Assembly: GCF_001194135.2 (NCBI RefSeq)
Contig: NC_068998.1
Location: 42,475,508 to 42,519,805, forward strand
Length of the DNA: 44,298 nt
DNA from: Octopus bimaculoides
Lineage: Eukaryota
Reading direction: 5' to 3'
Part shown: positions 1 through 10,608 of the stretch, piece by piece
How positions within the stretch are numbered: position 1 is the stretch's first letter
How the letters are laid out: every line of letters starts with the position of its first letter
Position numbers and translations under genes: made by a program
The notes under the pieces: model-generated
Seen by the model: only the letters and a program-made list of their open reading frames with translations
Databases searched by the model: none
Told to the model about the DNA's origin: nothing

Positions 1-765
1 ATATATATATATATATATATACCTACATATACATATATACATTTATATATGTATATATATCAAGTATGTATAAAGATATATAAGTATATATGCACGTATA
101 CGTCTATAATGTGTGTGGGTGCATGTGTATATGTGGATGTAAGAGAGAGAGAGAGAGAGAAAGAGAGAGAGCAAAAGAGGTGAAGCCATTTGTTAATACT
201 ATGGAAAAACTAATGTCCTGTCTATAGAACCAAATAATTTGACCTTGGCTTTTCTGTCTCATTTGGTGGTACTTTCTATGATGGAATCTTGCCAATACTG
301 TCTCAGTCTGTCACGTTTCGCGACAAACAGACATTTAAATATCATTCGCCATATTGTATGACGTAGACATGACGTAATGCACACTTAGCGGAGAAAGAGA
401 AGGAAACTGACAAAATTGTTTATATATTGTTTTTGTAACTTTCCCGCTGTTGCTGTTGTTATTGTTTTTGTCATTGTTATATAGCTTTAGGTAAGTGCTG
501 ATCTTATAGACCTCTTATAAAAGATGTTCCATACGTGACCATCCCTTGTTTTATTCAGTTAGCGTATCTTGTCTTCAAGTGTTTTGTTCTACTCACAAGC
601 AGTATGTGAAGAGAGAAAGCTGACGTTTCGGAAATGAAAATTTGTCAGATGGAAGTTATATTTCATTGTGTATCCACGGCTATATTATACAAGCTACTCT
701 TCTTTATTTACATTATTTACATTATTTACATTTGACAGATATTTGTCCTCATCTTGTTTGTTGTT

Positions 766-811
766 AACACAACGTTTCGACTGATATACCCTCCAGCCTT
801 CATCAAGTGCC
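766..811 (-). ncRNA. Minimal type I hammerhead ribozyme motif (C3U variant)
   Basis: The minus strand reads GGCAC-UUGAUGA-A-GGCUG[GAGGGUAUAU]CAGUC-GAAAC-GUU-GUGUU. Stems I and II pair, helix III is replaced by the palindrome AACGUU, and there is one core substitution. Confidence 0.65.
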
Positions 812-864
812 TTGAAGAAATTTCGAACCTGGGTTGTCATTCGTAAGGTATTCTTCGATGTTGG

Positions 865-897
<33 letters not shown>

Positions 898-925
898 GTA
901 TTAGTAGTAGTAGTAGTAGTAGTAG

Positions 926-1006
926 TATAGATAATATTAGGAATTCTTCTACTTTTATTTACATATGCCTTCCAGAGGAGTCATAGCAGTCCTAATATTA
1001 TCTATA
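926..1006. repeat. Perfect 17-bp inverted repeat (mini-MITE-like hairpin)
   Basis: TATAGATAATATTAGGA (926-942) and TCCTAATATTATCTATA (990-1006), with a 47-nt spacer and TA at both outer ends. Confidence 0.6.
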
Positions 1007-1936
1007 AAAAAAAATTAAGTAGACTGACATATAGAAATTTGAACCCGTTGAAGGGACACGAGATACCGAAATATCGTTCAGCAAATTTAATTATAGATCT
1101 CTTCTTCTTTTATTTACATATTATTATTATTATTATTGTTCAGGTCACTGCCTGGAATCGATCTCGGAAACTTGGGACTAGTAGCCGGCGCTCTTAACCA
1201 CTACACCATATGCCCGTGTAAATAATATAAATAATGTACATAATTCCTCATCTCTTAAATATAGAACTGTACTACTGTTCTTTGTTGTTGTTGTCTCTTA
1301 GCCCTTGGTTGGCTTTAATCCAGCTGACTTATGATCGTTTATTCTAATTTAGAGTGTTTACCAGAAAGCACCGCTTCCTTTATTTTAAGCTACAACAGTA
1401 AAATCGAAATACACCAAAGCTGCGATTTGAGAACATTGGATCGATATTGCATGTAACAAACTACTATAATAAATTGTGAAATTAGTTGACATGATCGAAC
1501 AATACATTTCAAGGAAGTGCCCCAGCATGACCATAAATCAGATGATTGAAACTAACGAACTAATATATAAAGCTTAAAACGTTACAAATTCAGCAAATAC
1601 GAAAAAAAAGCTATACGTCGGCTGATAATACTGAAAAGTACGAAACGGTTGTGGGTGTCTAGTTATCATCACCAACGAAGGATGAATAATCGACAACGGC
1701 TTTTTGCTGTATATTTTTTTAAACGATTTTAATCACATGACTGAGCACAATTTTGTTTAGTTTTTGTTTCTGTTGCTTTTTTTGCGTTAATAGTATTAAC
1801 GGCAGTAACAATTATTCTTCGATTAAGATGATTAGCTAACCTCTCTGGGGAGAGCTGGCGCGACACATCGTGACTATTTGGCGATAGTCTGAACCGAGTG
1901 CTAACGAAGTACCAGTAGTTATCAAGCAGTTATCAC

Positions 1937-1999
1937 GCGCGCGCACGCATACACACGCGCACGCGCACACAGACACACGCGCACGCACACACAGACACA

Positions 2000-2046
<47 letters not shown>

Positions 2047-2062
2047 ACGCGCGCACACACAT
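1937..2062. repeat. (CA)n / (CG)(CA) microsatellite
   Basis: Direct reading. Confidence 0.95.
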
Positions 2063-2385
2063 ATAAAAGGTACTGTTTAAAAAAATACTTTTTAAAAAGT
2101 TACAAAATCTTTTATCAGGATGTTACTAAACTTTTTAGGAAGAAGGTTTTTTCCCTTGTTATGNNNNNNNNNNNNNNNNNNNNNNNNNNNNNNNNNNNNN
2201 NNNNNNNNNNNNNNNNNNNNNNNNNNNNNNNNNNNNNNNNNNNNNNNNNNNNNNNNNNNNNNNNNNNNNNNNNNNNNNNNNNNNNNNNNNNNNNNNNNNN
2301 NNNNNNNNNNNNNNNNAAATAAATAACTTGCCTTAGGGACATAATATTTATAGGGTTATATTTTTTCATTTCATTTCAAAATACG

Positions 2386-2893
2386 ATGGGGCACTCTTCT
2401 GTATGTATGTCATATGTGTAATACAACGACATAGATAATAACATGTGTATGTATGTATGGGGTGGGGTGGGGGGGGTAAACTCTAATAATCCCCATTACT
2501 TTATATTGCTATAAGTATTGCTTAATAAGTACTATTTTGCATTAGTTCTATATTTATAACTGTAGAAAATCAGTTTTCTTTTTTTCGCTGCTTAACTTCA
2601 CAATAGAAATCGTAGATCACATCCGTTTTATTCCCTGAATACCTTCAGAATAGAAACCGTAACTTAGATTTCACTCCAACATTTTTCCTTTGTATCACGT
2701 ATTCCACATCAGAATTTATGAGGTCAGCTGTTATTTTTCTATCTCACTTCAGCATATTTGTACATCTTTTCATTTGAAAATACTCCTTTTCCCTCAACAT
2801 AGGAAGAAAAAATTCGGTGGGGGCACTCTTCTGTAAGTATGCCATGTGTCATATAACGACACACATAATAATGTGTGTGTCATTGCGCGCGCG

Positions 2894-2938
<45 letters not shown>

Positions 2939-2973
2939 CTGTAACAACCTCAATTACTTTATATCGCTATAAG
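2386..2973 (+). repeat. Pair of imperfect direct repeats (2386-2515 and 2817-2973) immediately upstream of the Helitron remnant
   Basis: Both carry GGGGCACTCTTCTGTA.GTATG.CAT.TGT..TA.AACGACA and end in ATTACTTTATAT.GCTATAAG; the period is about 430 bp. Confidence 0.7.
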
Positions 2974-2989
2974 AAAAGGAGGAGCTGAC

Positions 2990-4914
2990 GTTGAGAGTCA
3001 TCCAAGTATATGAATGTTTCTTTTTGAAGCTGCTTCTTCATAAAATAAGAGGACCGATTTCCTTCTCCTTCCTAAGAACGATTGATGGTCAGACTGTTCG
3101 TAATTGCAGAGAAGCCTGTTTAGCCTTAAATGTGTTAGAAGATGACAATCAGTAGAATAGAACAATTGTTGAGGCTTCAGTGTTACGCACACCTATTTAT
3201 TTGAGAGATCCGTTTGAAAATCTTCTGAATTGTGAAGTACGTAATCCATTAGCATTGTGGCACGAATATAAGAATGATTTATCAGAAGACTCCAAATATC
3301 AAGCACAATTAAGGTTTCTTGAGAGAAAAATAACATTCAACGATGACATATATAATTCTGCTTTGGTTTATATTGAAGATCGCATTGTCTCAATGGGAGA
3401 GGAGGAGCTCAGAAAGTTTGGCTTACCTGAAACTTATCGAGATGAGGTGAATGATTTGATCGCAGAAGTTTTGCTAGAAACTTCATATGATATTGATTCA
3501 TTAACAAGATTCCTTGAAGAAAATGTCCCGAATCTTTTGTCAGACCAACAGCTTCCATATACAACAATCATTGACTAAGTGACACATAAGAGAGGAGGAT
3601 TATATTTCTGAAAAGCACCAGGAGGAACTGGAAAAACTTTTGTTACAAATTTAGTGCTAGCCAAAGTTCGGCAGAAAAGGAAAATAGCCTTAGCTGTAGC
3701 GAGCTCTGGTTTTGCTGCGACTTTACTCCCAGGAGGTCGAACATCATACGCAGCATTCAAGCTGCCAATCGATCTGACTTCAAATGGTGAACGTGCATGC
3801 AATATTAATAAAAGTTTTTCTTTAGCTCAAATTCTCATGAAATGTTCTTTGATCAAATTGGACAAAGCTGCAATGTACCATAGAATATCAGAATCAGTAG
3901 AAACTGTTAACAGAATGCTGCAGGATTTGCGCAAACCCCGTTTGTTTGATGCGAGGTGTTGCAGTAGTACGTACGTTCAAGTGATTTCAGACAAACTTTG
4001 CCAGTGATTCCCAGAGGAACAAAGGCGGATGAATTGAAAGCATGCTTGAAATCATCTATGATTTTATGGAAACATATCAAAGGGTTAAAGCTTTCTAAAA
4101 ATATGACGGTACATTTACATGAGGATCCTCTGTCGGAACAACTTGCCCATACTGCTTTGCAACTTGGAGAAGGAAGGCTAGATATCAATTATGAAGATGA
4201 CTTGAATCCATCAAAAATCTGCACGTTGGTCAGCTCGGTTGAAGAACTTACTGAAAGAGTTTTTCCAAGTATAATTTTAAATTACAGAAATGCTGCTTGG
4301 TTGTGCGAAAGAGCAATCATGGCACGAAAGAACGTTTCTGTGAATAATTTAAATGAAAGACTCGAGAAGCTATTACCAGGAAACGAATATACATACAAAA
4401 ATATATAGAATTTGTTGTGGATGAATCGGAAATATCCAATTACTCGGTTGGGTTCTTAAACCCAGTGCAGCCTCCAAGAGCTTCTCCTCGTTGTCTTTCA
4501 TTGAAAATAGGCGCTCCAGTCATGCTTCTGCGTAAACTTTCTCAACCAAAGCTGTGCAATGGCACAAGACTTGTAGTCAAGAAATTAATGAGAAATATCA
4601 TACAGACCACAATAATTTCTGGGTGTGGAAAAGGTGATGCTGTTTTTATTCCTTGCTTACCTTTAATACCTTCCAATAAGCACTTCAAGTTCAGATGACT
4701 TCAATATCCAATATGTCTGTCTTTTGCGACGTCCATTAATAAGTCCCAAGGTCAAACTATGGAAGTTGATAGTATGCAATTAGAAGAGTACTGTTTCTCC
4801 CACGGCCAGTTATATGTTGGTACATCCAGAGTGGGGAGCAACAACAATCTTTTCATTTTTGCCCCTGCTAGTAAAACCCGAAACATTATCTATAAGGAAA
4901 ATTTTACCATGCTA
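2990..4914 (+). mobile_element. Helitron RepHel remnant (PIF1-like SF1B helicase region), 5'-truncated, with frameshifts and stops
   Basis: Translated motifs in order: ECFFLKLLLHKIRGPISF, ALVYIED...FGLP, APGGTGKT (Walker A), [40 protein letters not shown]...LCNGTRL, SINKSQGQT, FSHGQLYVGTSRV. These match the Helitron helicase motif order. No Rep HUH domain is seen. Confidence 0.92.
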
Positions 4915-5266
4915 AAATTTGCAGAATAACTTTGAATTGATAGTGTCAACATCACACTATATTCGCCTACGAAACGCTATTTATTTTTACGTTTGTTGTA
5001 ATTCTTCAGTTCAATAAATTATAGTACATATGTTTTTAGCTTCTGAACATTTATTTATTGATCTTGTACTGGACATAAGCCAAAGTCTATATGGGGTTTG
5101 CTTTATTTAAAGACAGAAATACTATAGATCATGGATCAGAAGTTTATATCAGCTCAATCGTCTACATGAATGTCAACATCCATTTCTTATATATGTTCAA
5201 TACAATCTAGGTGAATAATATAATAATAATAATGATGATAATAATAATAATAATTATTATTATTAT

Positions 5267-5747
5267 AGTAACGCCAGAAAAGGTCACAGAAAACGAGAAA
5301 GCAACCATACTCTGGGATATGCCAACACACACATATAGAGAAATTAAGGCCAATAGACCAGATATAGTTGTCAAAGATCATGAAGAAAAAAAAATGCTTT
5401 CTAATTGATGTATCAATACCAGCAGATGACAACGTTTCCCTAAAAGAGATGGAGAAACTTTCAAAATACAAAGACCTGGAAATAGAGGTAACGCGAATGT
5501 GGAATCTAAAAACAGAAACAATTCCTATCACAGTAAAAGTATTCAGACAAATACATAACAAAAACACCAGGACTTACAAATATATATAACATACAGAAAA
5601 TTGCACTACTGGGCACTGCACACATCCTACGCAAAACACTTTCAATACAGTAACCATAAGAGCGCCACAGCAAACCACAGCACATACCCAAGGCACACAG
5701 AGCTGCGCTCGGTGGTGAAGTGAAAGCACGTTATAAAAATAAAACTA

Positions 5748-5750
<3 letters not shown>
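5267..5750 (+). mobile_element. Non-LTR retrotransposon 3' fragment, RLE endonuclease domain (R4/Dong-like), subfamily 1
   Basis: ILWD...RPDIVV...CFLIDVSIP...KY.DLEIE..RMW is a PD-(D/E)xK pattern. The ORF ends GTAHILRKTLSIQ* at 5653, followed by a ~100-bp 3' UTR and an (AAT)n tail. (AAT)n/(ATT)n also lies on the 5' side. Confidence 0.9.
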
Positions 5751-5782
<32 letters not shown>

Positions 5783-5831
5783 TGATGATGAAAGCAAGAA
5801 GTAGAAGAGCAACAACAGCAATATCAACAAC

Positions 5832-5880
<49 letters not shown>

Positions 5881-5895
5881 GCAATGATAGTAATA
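5751..5895. repeat. (AAT)n/(AAC)n microsatellite tract
   Basis: Direct reading. Confidence 0.95.
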
Positions 5896-6926
5896 ACATT
5901 CTATTCGACACACAAAGGGCTGAAGGAGATACCAGAAATATGAAAGATAAGCATCAAACAACGGAAGGCAGGGGTAAGAGATGTGAGAGAGCAGGTGAAT
6001 GATTTTAAAACTACGCACCCACGCATGCACACACACACACACACACACTCACACACACACTCACACTTACACACTCACACACATACACGCATGTAATATT
6101 TATGCATATATTTATACATTTGAAACCTAATTGAAAAGTTTAAAAAATCGCAATAATTATAACGTGATAATAATTCAAGGAAATGAAACATCAAAGATTA
6201 CTGGCTAGATTGATTTTGCAACTCTGCTCATTAAACATTTCTCAATTTGTGCAAATGTGCAACGAAATGCATCAGTGAGCATTGTTTGGGAGATATGATG
6301 TTGAAAAACACCAGCAACATGTGGGTATTCTTTTTCAATTTCGCTGTAGTATCTTAGTTTTAATTTTATTAATAATCTATCTTTTGCGTGTTGTTTATAT
6401 TCTGAATCTTACTGTTTTGTTGTCATTCTTATGATCTTTTGATAGCGTTGACGCTAGATAGGCATAATTTTTGAATATTAGTTGGGTTTTTTTTTTTCAC
6501 TTTCGAAGAATGGCGAAACTTAATTCTTCGTCGTTATTTTCCTGAGGTATCTCTGTCATTTTGAAAAGAATTGTTCTTCACCATTCAGTTTCCTCGTCTT
6601 ACACCGAGTCTTTTTCTTTTACTTCCATGCTTTCACTTATGATTTGTAGATTTTCATCTTCAATTATTATTTCTTCCATATTGCACAATGATGGAGTATA
6701 ACTACAAAGTATCACTGTTAAATGTGTGTACGTGAAATTTTAAAATTTTGTAAAACATTTTTGTTCCTGTTGTCTATACCAATCTAACGAGGGCAGGCCT
6801 TTGCTTTCCCAATTAAAGGTTTTTTTACAAATGCTACAAAGAAAATTTCATTTTGTAATGTTTGAAAACATGGTCTCGAAAGAAGAAGGAAAACGGGCGC
6901 TTCCTACTATTACCGTAAAAGAGATA

Positions 6927-6978
<52 letters not shown>

Positions 6979-7019
6979 GTAATAATAGTAATAATAATAA
7001 TGTGGAAATTTCGGATTCA

Positions 7020-7468
7020 CTAGAGGATGTGCGAAAAGCACAGATTCACAAGAGACTATGTAAAAAGTCTGGGCAGAGCACGGAAATGTTACACATATGA
7101 ACTAGAGGGCGTCACTGAGAACAATGAATATAAGATACTTTGGGATTTTACAATCTAGTGTGACACCCTAATCAATGATCAGAGAGCAGGCATTGTTGTG
7201 GTAAAAAGGAAGCCAAGATCATAGATATTGCCATACCTAGGAATGCATGCATAGATGAGAAGGGGCTGGAAAAGATTGAGGAATACAGACTGCTACAAGA
7301 CGAAATTGCAAGAAAGTGGACAATGGGGTGAGTAATTGTTATCCCAGTAGCTGTAGGGGCACTCGGAGCACTAGCAAGCAGGTTCGAGAAATATATCGGA
7401 GAAATTAGAATTGACATAAGTGCAAGTCGGGCCCAAAAGCTGCTCAGTCAGGGACATCTAGGATTTTG
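7020..7468 (+). mobile_element. RLE-type non-LTR retrotransposon 3' fragment (R4/Dong-like), subfamily 2, degraded
   Basis: IHKRLCKK...EGVTENNEYKILWDFTI...IIDIAIP...LEKIEEY..LQDEIARKW...VIVIPVAVGALG. It is similar to 17911-18718 and preceded by (AAT)n at 6927-7000. Confidence 0.85.
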
Positions 7469-7547
7469 AACTCGGAAGGCAAAGACGGGCGAAATACCGC
7501 TGAGCATTTCCCCCCGCGTACTAACGATTCTGCCAGCTCGCTGCCTT
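7466..7547 (-). mobile_element. SINE family A, head fragment
   Basis: Reverse complement of GGCAGCGAGCTGGCAGAATCGTTAG...GGTATTTCG, matching the 37557 copy. Confidence 0.85.
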
Positions 7548-7621
7548 AATAATAATAATAATAATAATAATAATAGTAGTAGTAGTAGTAGTAGTAATAA
7601 TAATAATAATAATAGCTTCAC

Positions 7622-7830
7622 GTTTTGGCAAAAACAAGGCCAACAGTTTTGGAATAGGGGTAAGTCGATTACATATCGACCCCAGTGCTCGACTGGTACT
7701 ATCTATCGTATCTATCTCGAGAGGATGAAACGCAAAGCCAGCCTCGGTGGAATTTGAACCCCAAACATAAAAGTCAGGAAAAAATGCCACTAGGCGTTTT
7801 CTCCTACACGTTAACGCTTTTATCAGATCG
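7622..7830 (-). mobile_element. SINE family A, degenerate, tail type 2
   Basis: Contains AAGTCGATTACA..TCGACCCCAGTG and GGTGGAATTTGAAC. Confidence 0.75.
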
Positions 7831-9948
7831 AAATTAATAATGATAGATAGGCTGCCAGCTTCTCATCATTATGCAAATTAGCAGGCATATTGCCAAATAA
7901 ATAACGTGCAGTATCAATGCAAGCATGTAACCATTCGGATCAATGACAGCGACCGGACTTCACCGAATTGTGACGAAGACCTACATTAATTTCAACGGAG
8001 GTGACATAACTGAAGAATGTCGTACTTTTCAGGGGGAAAATCCGTTTTGCCTCTNNNNNNNNNNNNNNNNNNNNNNNNNNNNNNNNNNNNNNNNNNNNNN
8101 NNNNNNNNNNNNNNNNNNNNNNNNNNNNNNNNNNNNNNNNNNNNNNNNNNNNNNNNNNNNNNNNNNNNNNNNNNNNNNNNNNNNNNNNNNNNNNNNNNNN
8201 NNNNNNNNNNNNNNNNNNNNNNNNNNNNNNNNNNNNNNNNNNNNNNNNNNNNNNNNNNNNNNNNNNNNNNNNNNNNNNNNNNNNNNNNNNNNNNNNNNNN
8301 NNNNNNNNNNNNNNNNNNNNNNNNNNNNNNNNNNNNNNNNNNNNNNNNNNNNNNNNNNNNNNNNNNNNNNNNNNNNNNNNNNNNNNNNNNNNNNNNNNNN
8401 NNNNNNNNNNNNNNNNNNNNNNNNNNNNNNNNNNNNNNNNNNNNNNNNNNNNNNNNNNNNNNNNNNNNNNNNNNNNNNNNNNNNNNNNNNNNNNNNNNNN
8501 NNNNNNNNNNNNNNNNNNNTATATATATATATACTTGCAAAATGGACGTGTTAGAATAGAGGCAGCTGATGAATAATTCCAAGTGGCTTTCTGTTTTCCT
8601 ATGTGTTCGTTCCGTTGTCTGTAGTTCATTGTTCTAACGTCCTGTACCCTGATATGCATCTACATACACATGTAGATGAAAGTATATACATATATGTGTG
8701 TATACATGCATATATATTTTTTGTATTATATATATATATATATATATAAGGACGCACATACTCAAAAGCATATACACACGCACGCACGCACACACACACA
8801 CATATGCATAGCTGTACAAGTGTATGTATATGTGTGTGGGGATGTATCGGTTTGTCTCTCTCCCTCCCTCTATTTCTTACTCTCACTCTCTCTACATATA
8901 TATATGTGTGTGTGTGTGTCTGTGTGTATGTGTGTATATATATATATTATATTTACATAGTTACGTATGTATATATGCGTGTATGAGAGTGTGCGTGTAT
9001 TTACCATCCCACCTAACTGGCGCCAAAATTGATTAGTTGAGCAATCACGTGTGTTGTACTGTACTGGATTTCTTTGGCCATATTTCGGAGTTGCTTTGTG
9101 TGTGTGTGTGTGTGTGCGTAGTCGTGTGTGTACATGAGTTTGCATGTGTTTATGTTTGTGTGATGTGTATTGTATATACTGGTTGTGCGTGCGTGTGTGC
9201 GTGGGTGTGTGTGCTTGTATTTCTTCATTCGTTTGAGAAGACTATCTCTTGGGGTGAAGGTGAGAGAGGGATTCTGTAAATGAGGCAAGATATTCTCCTC
9301 GTACAGGGAAGGTTGAAGAGGAGGAGTGGAGGGTGAAGAAAAAGAAAAAGAAGAAGAGGAAGAAAGAATAAGGATGAGAAAAAGAAGAAAAAGAAAAAGA
9401 AAAAGAAGAAGAAGAAGAAGAAGAAGACAACGAAACATATATTAAGAAGGAGAATAGAAATATGAAGATGATGATGATTGTAATGGTGATAAAATAAACG
9501 AAGAAAATGAAGCAGCGGAATAGGATGTGTAGGAGGAGGGGAGAGTGAGAGGTTAGCAACTGAATACTATGGCGCATTTCATAAGTGTGTCTCATTCCAC
9601 TTCATTTTGCCGATAATAACAAAACCATATTGGTAGCGACGACAGCAACAACAATAAGTCGATGACACCCTACGAGGGCAATTTTTACATCTGCGGTTCT
9701 CAACCATTTTTTTCCCTGTCAACCGCTCCGATTCCTATTTTGCTCTAGCAGACATGACTCCCGCCCTCCGTACCCATTTGAAATTTTAAAAGATCTCATT
9801 ATATTTTTATAGTTAAATATTATTAGAAATTCAACATTTTGTAAAAAAAACTTTTGGAAACGCCGAATGTGTTTCGTAATCTACAGACAAGAATGTTATA
9901 TTTCGAACGCAGTATAACCGTGAAAACAGGGGTAAGATGAGGTATTTT

Positions 9949-10048
9949 GGCGAAGGTAAAGAATTCGCATACCACCCGTTTTAGGCGTTTAGGGTTAGAG
10001 TTAGCGTTACGCCGAAAACGGGTGGTGTATGTATTCCTTACCTCAGCC
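9949..10048. mobile_element. 100-bp fold-back MITE with 40-bp TIRs, 9-bp TSD and telomere-like spacer
   Basis: Arms 9949-9988 and 10009-10048 match at 32/40. The spacer is TTAGGGTTAGAGTTAGCGTT. The TSD AGGTATTTT is exact (9940-9948 and 10049-10057). Confidence 0.8.
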
Positions 10049-10087
10049 AGGTATTTTATTCTTATAAGACGGAAAAAAGTTAGCCTA

Positions 10088-10251
10088 CAGGCGCAGGGGT
10101 GGCTGTGTGTTAAGTAGCTTGCTTACCAACCACATGGTCCCGGGTTCAGTCCCACTGCGTGACATCTTGGGCAAGTGTCTTCTACTATAGCCTCGGGTCG
10201 ACCAAAGCCTTGTGATTTGGTAGACGGAAACTGAAAGAAGCCGTCGTATAA

Positions 10252-10300
<49 letters not shown>

Positions 10301-10513
10301 TATGTTTGTTTGTGTTTGTCCCCCACGAATATCACTTGACAACCGATGCTAGTGTGTTTACGTCCCCGGCAACTAGCGGTTCGGCAAAAAAGAACGATAG
10401 AATAAGTACAAGGCTTACAAAGAATAAGTCCTGGGGTCGATTTGCTCGACTAAAAGGCGGTGCTCCAGCATGGCCGCACTCAAATGACTGAAACAAGTAA
10501 AACTGTAAAAGAG
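10088..10513 (+). mobile_element. SINE family B, full length (tRNA-like head, CORE-like block, internal (TA)n(TG)n, 3' (GTAAAA)-like tail)
   Basis: B-box-like GGGTTCAGTCCC and the block ACATCTTGGGCAAGTGTCTTC; nearly collinear with 22872-23355. Confidence 0.9.
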
Positions 10514-10557
10514 CTATATTATTTAGCATTTAATTAGACGCTAGATTGTTGCCAGGA

Positions 10558-10608
10558 GGCCGTTTAGCTTAATGGTAGCGTGCTCAGTTCGAGTCCCACA
10601 GCCGTCTA
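10558..10608 (+). pseudogene. tRNA-like remnant (A and B boxes, anticodon arm missing)
   Basis: GGCCGTTTAGCTTAATGGTAG...GTTCGAGTCCCACAGCCG cannot form a full cloverleaf. Confidence 0.45.

Larger units (their letters stand above)
705..1217 (-). mobile_element. tRNA-headed SINE with hammerhead-ribozyme 3' module (copy 1, interrupted by an insertion at ~870-1135)
   Basis: The minus-strand head at 1139-1217 has an A box TGGTGTAGTGG and a B-box variant GATCGATTCC. The body at 705-868 is the reverse complement of 11900-12054 and ends in (GTAAATAAT)n. Confidence 0.8.

Noticed and set aside
618-650. Hammerhead-like minus-strand motif CUGACAA...UUCC-GAAAC-GUC
   Set aside because: G8 is substituted and neither stem I nor stem II can pair. 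It may be a fossil but is not supportable.
4915-5212. Helitron 3' terminus (CTAG at ~5207-5210)
   Set aside because: No GC-rich subterminal hairpin precedes it.
7871-7878. Octamer ATGCAAAT as a regulatory site
   Set aside because: A single AT-rich 8-mer is expected by chance, and there is no linked promoter or snRNA gene.
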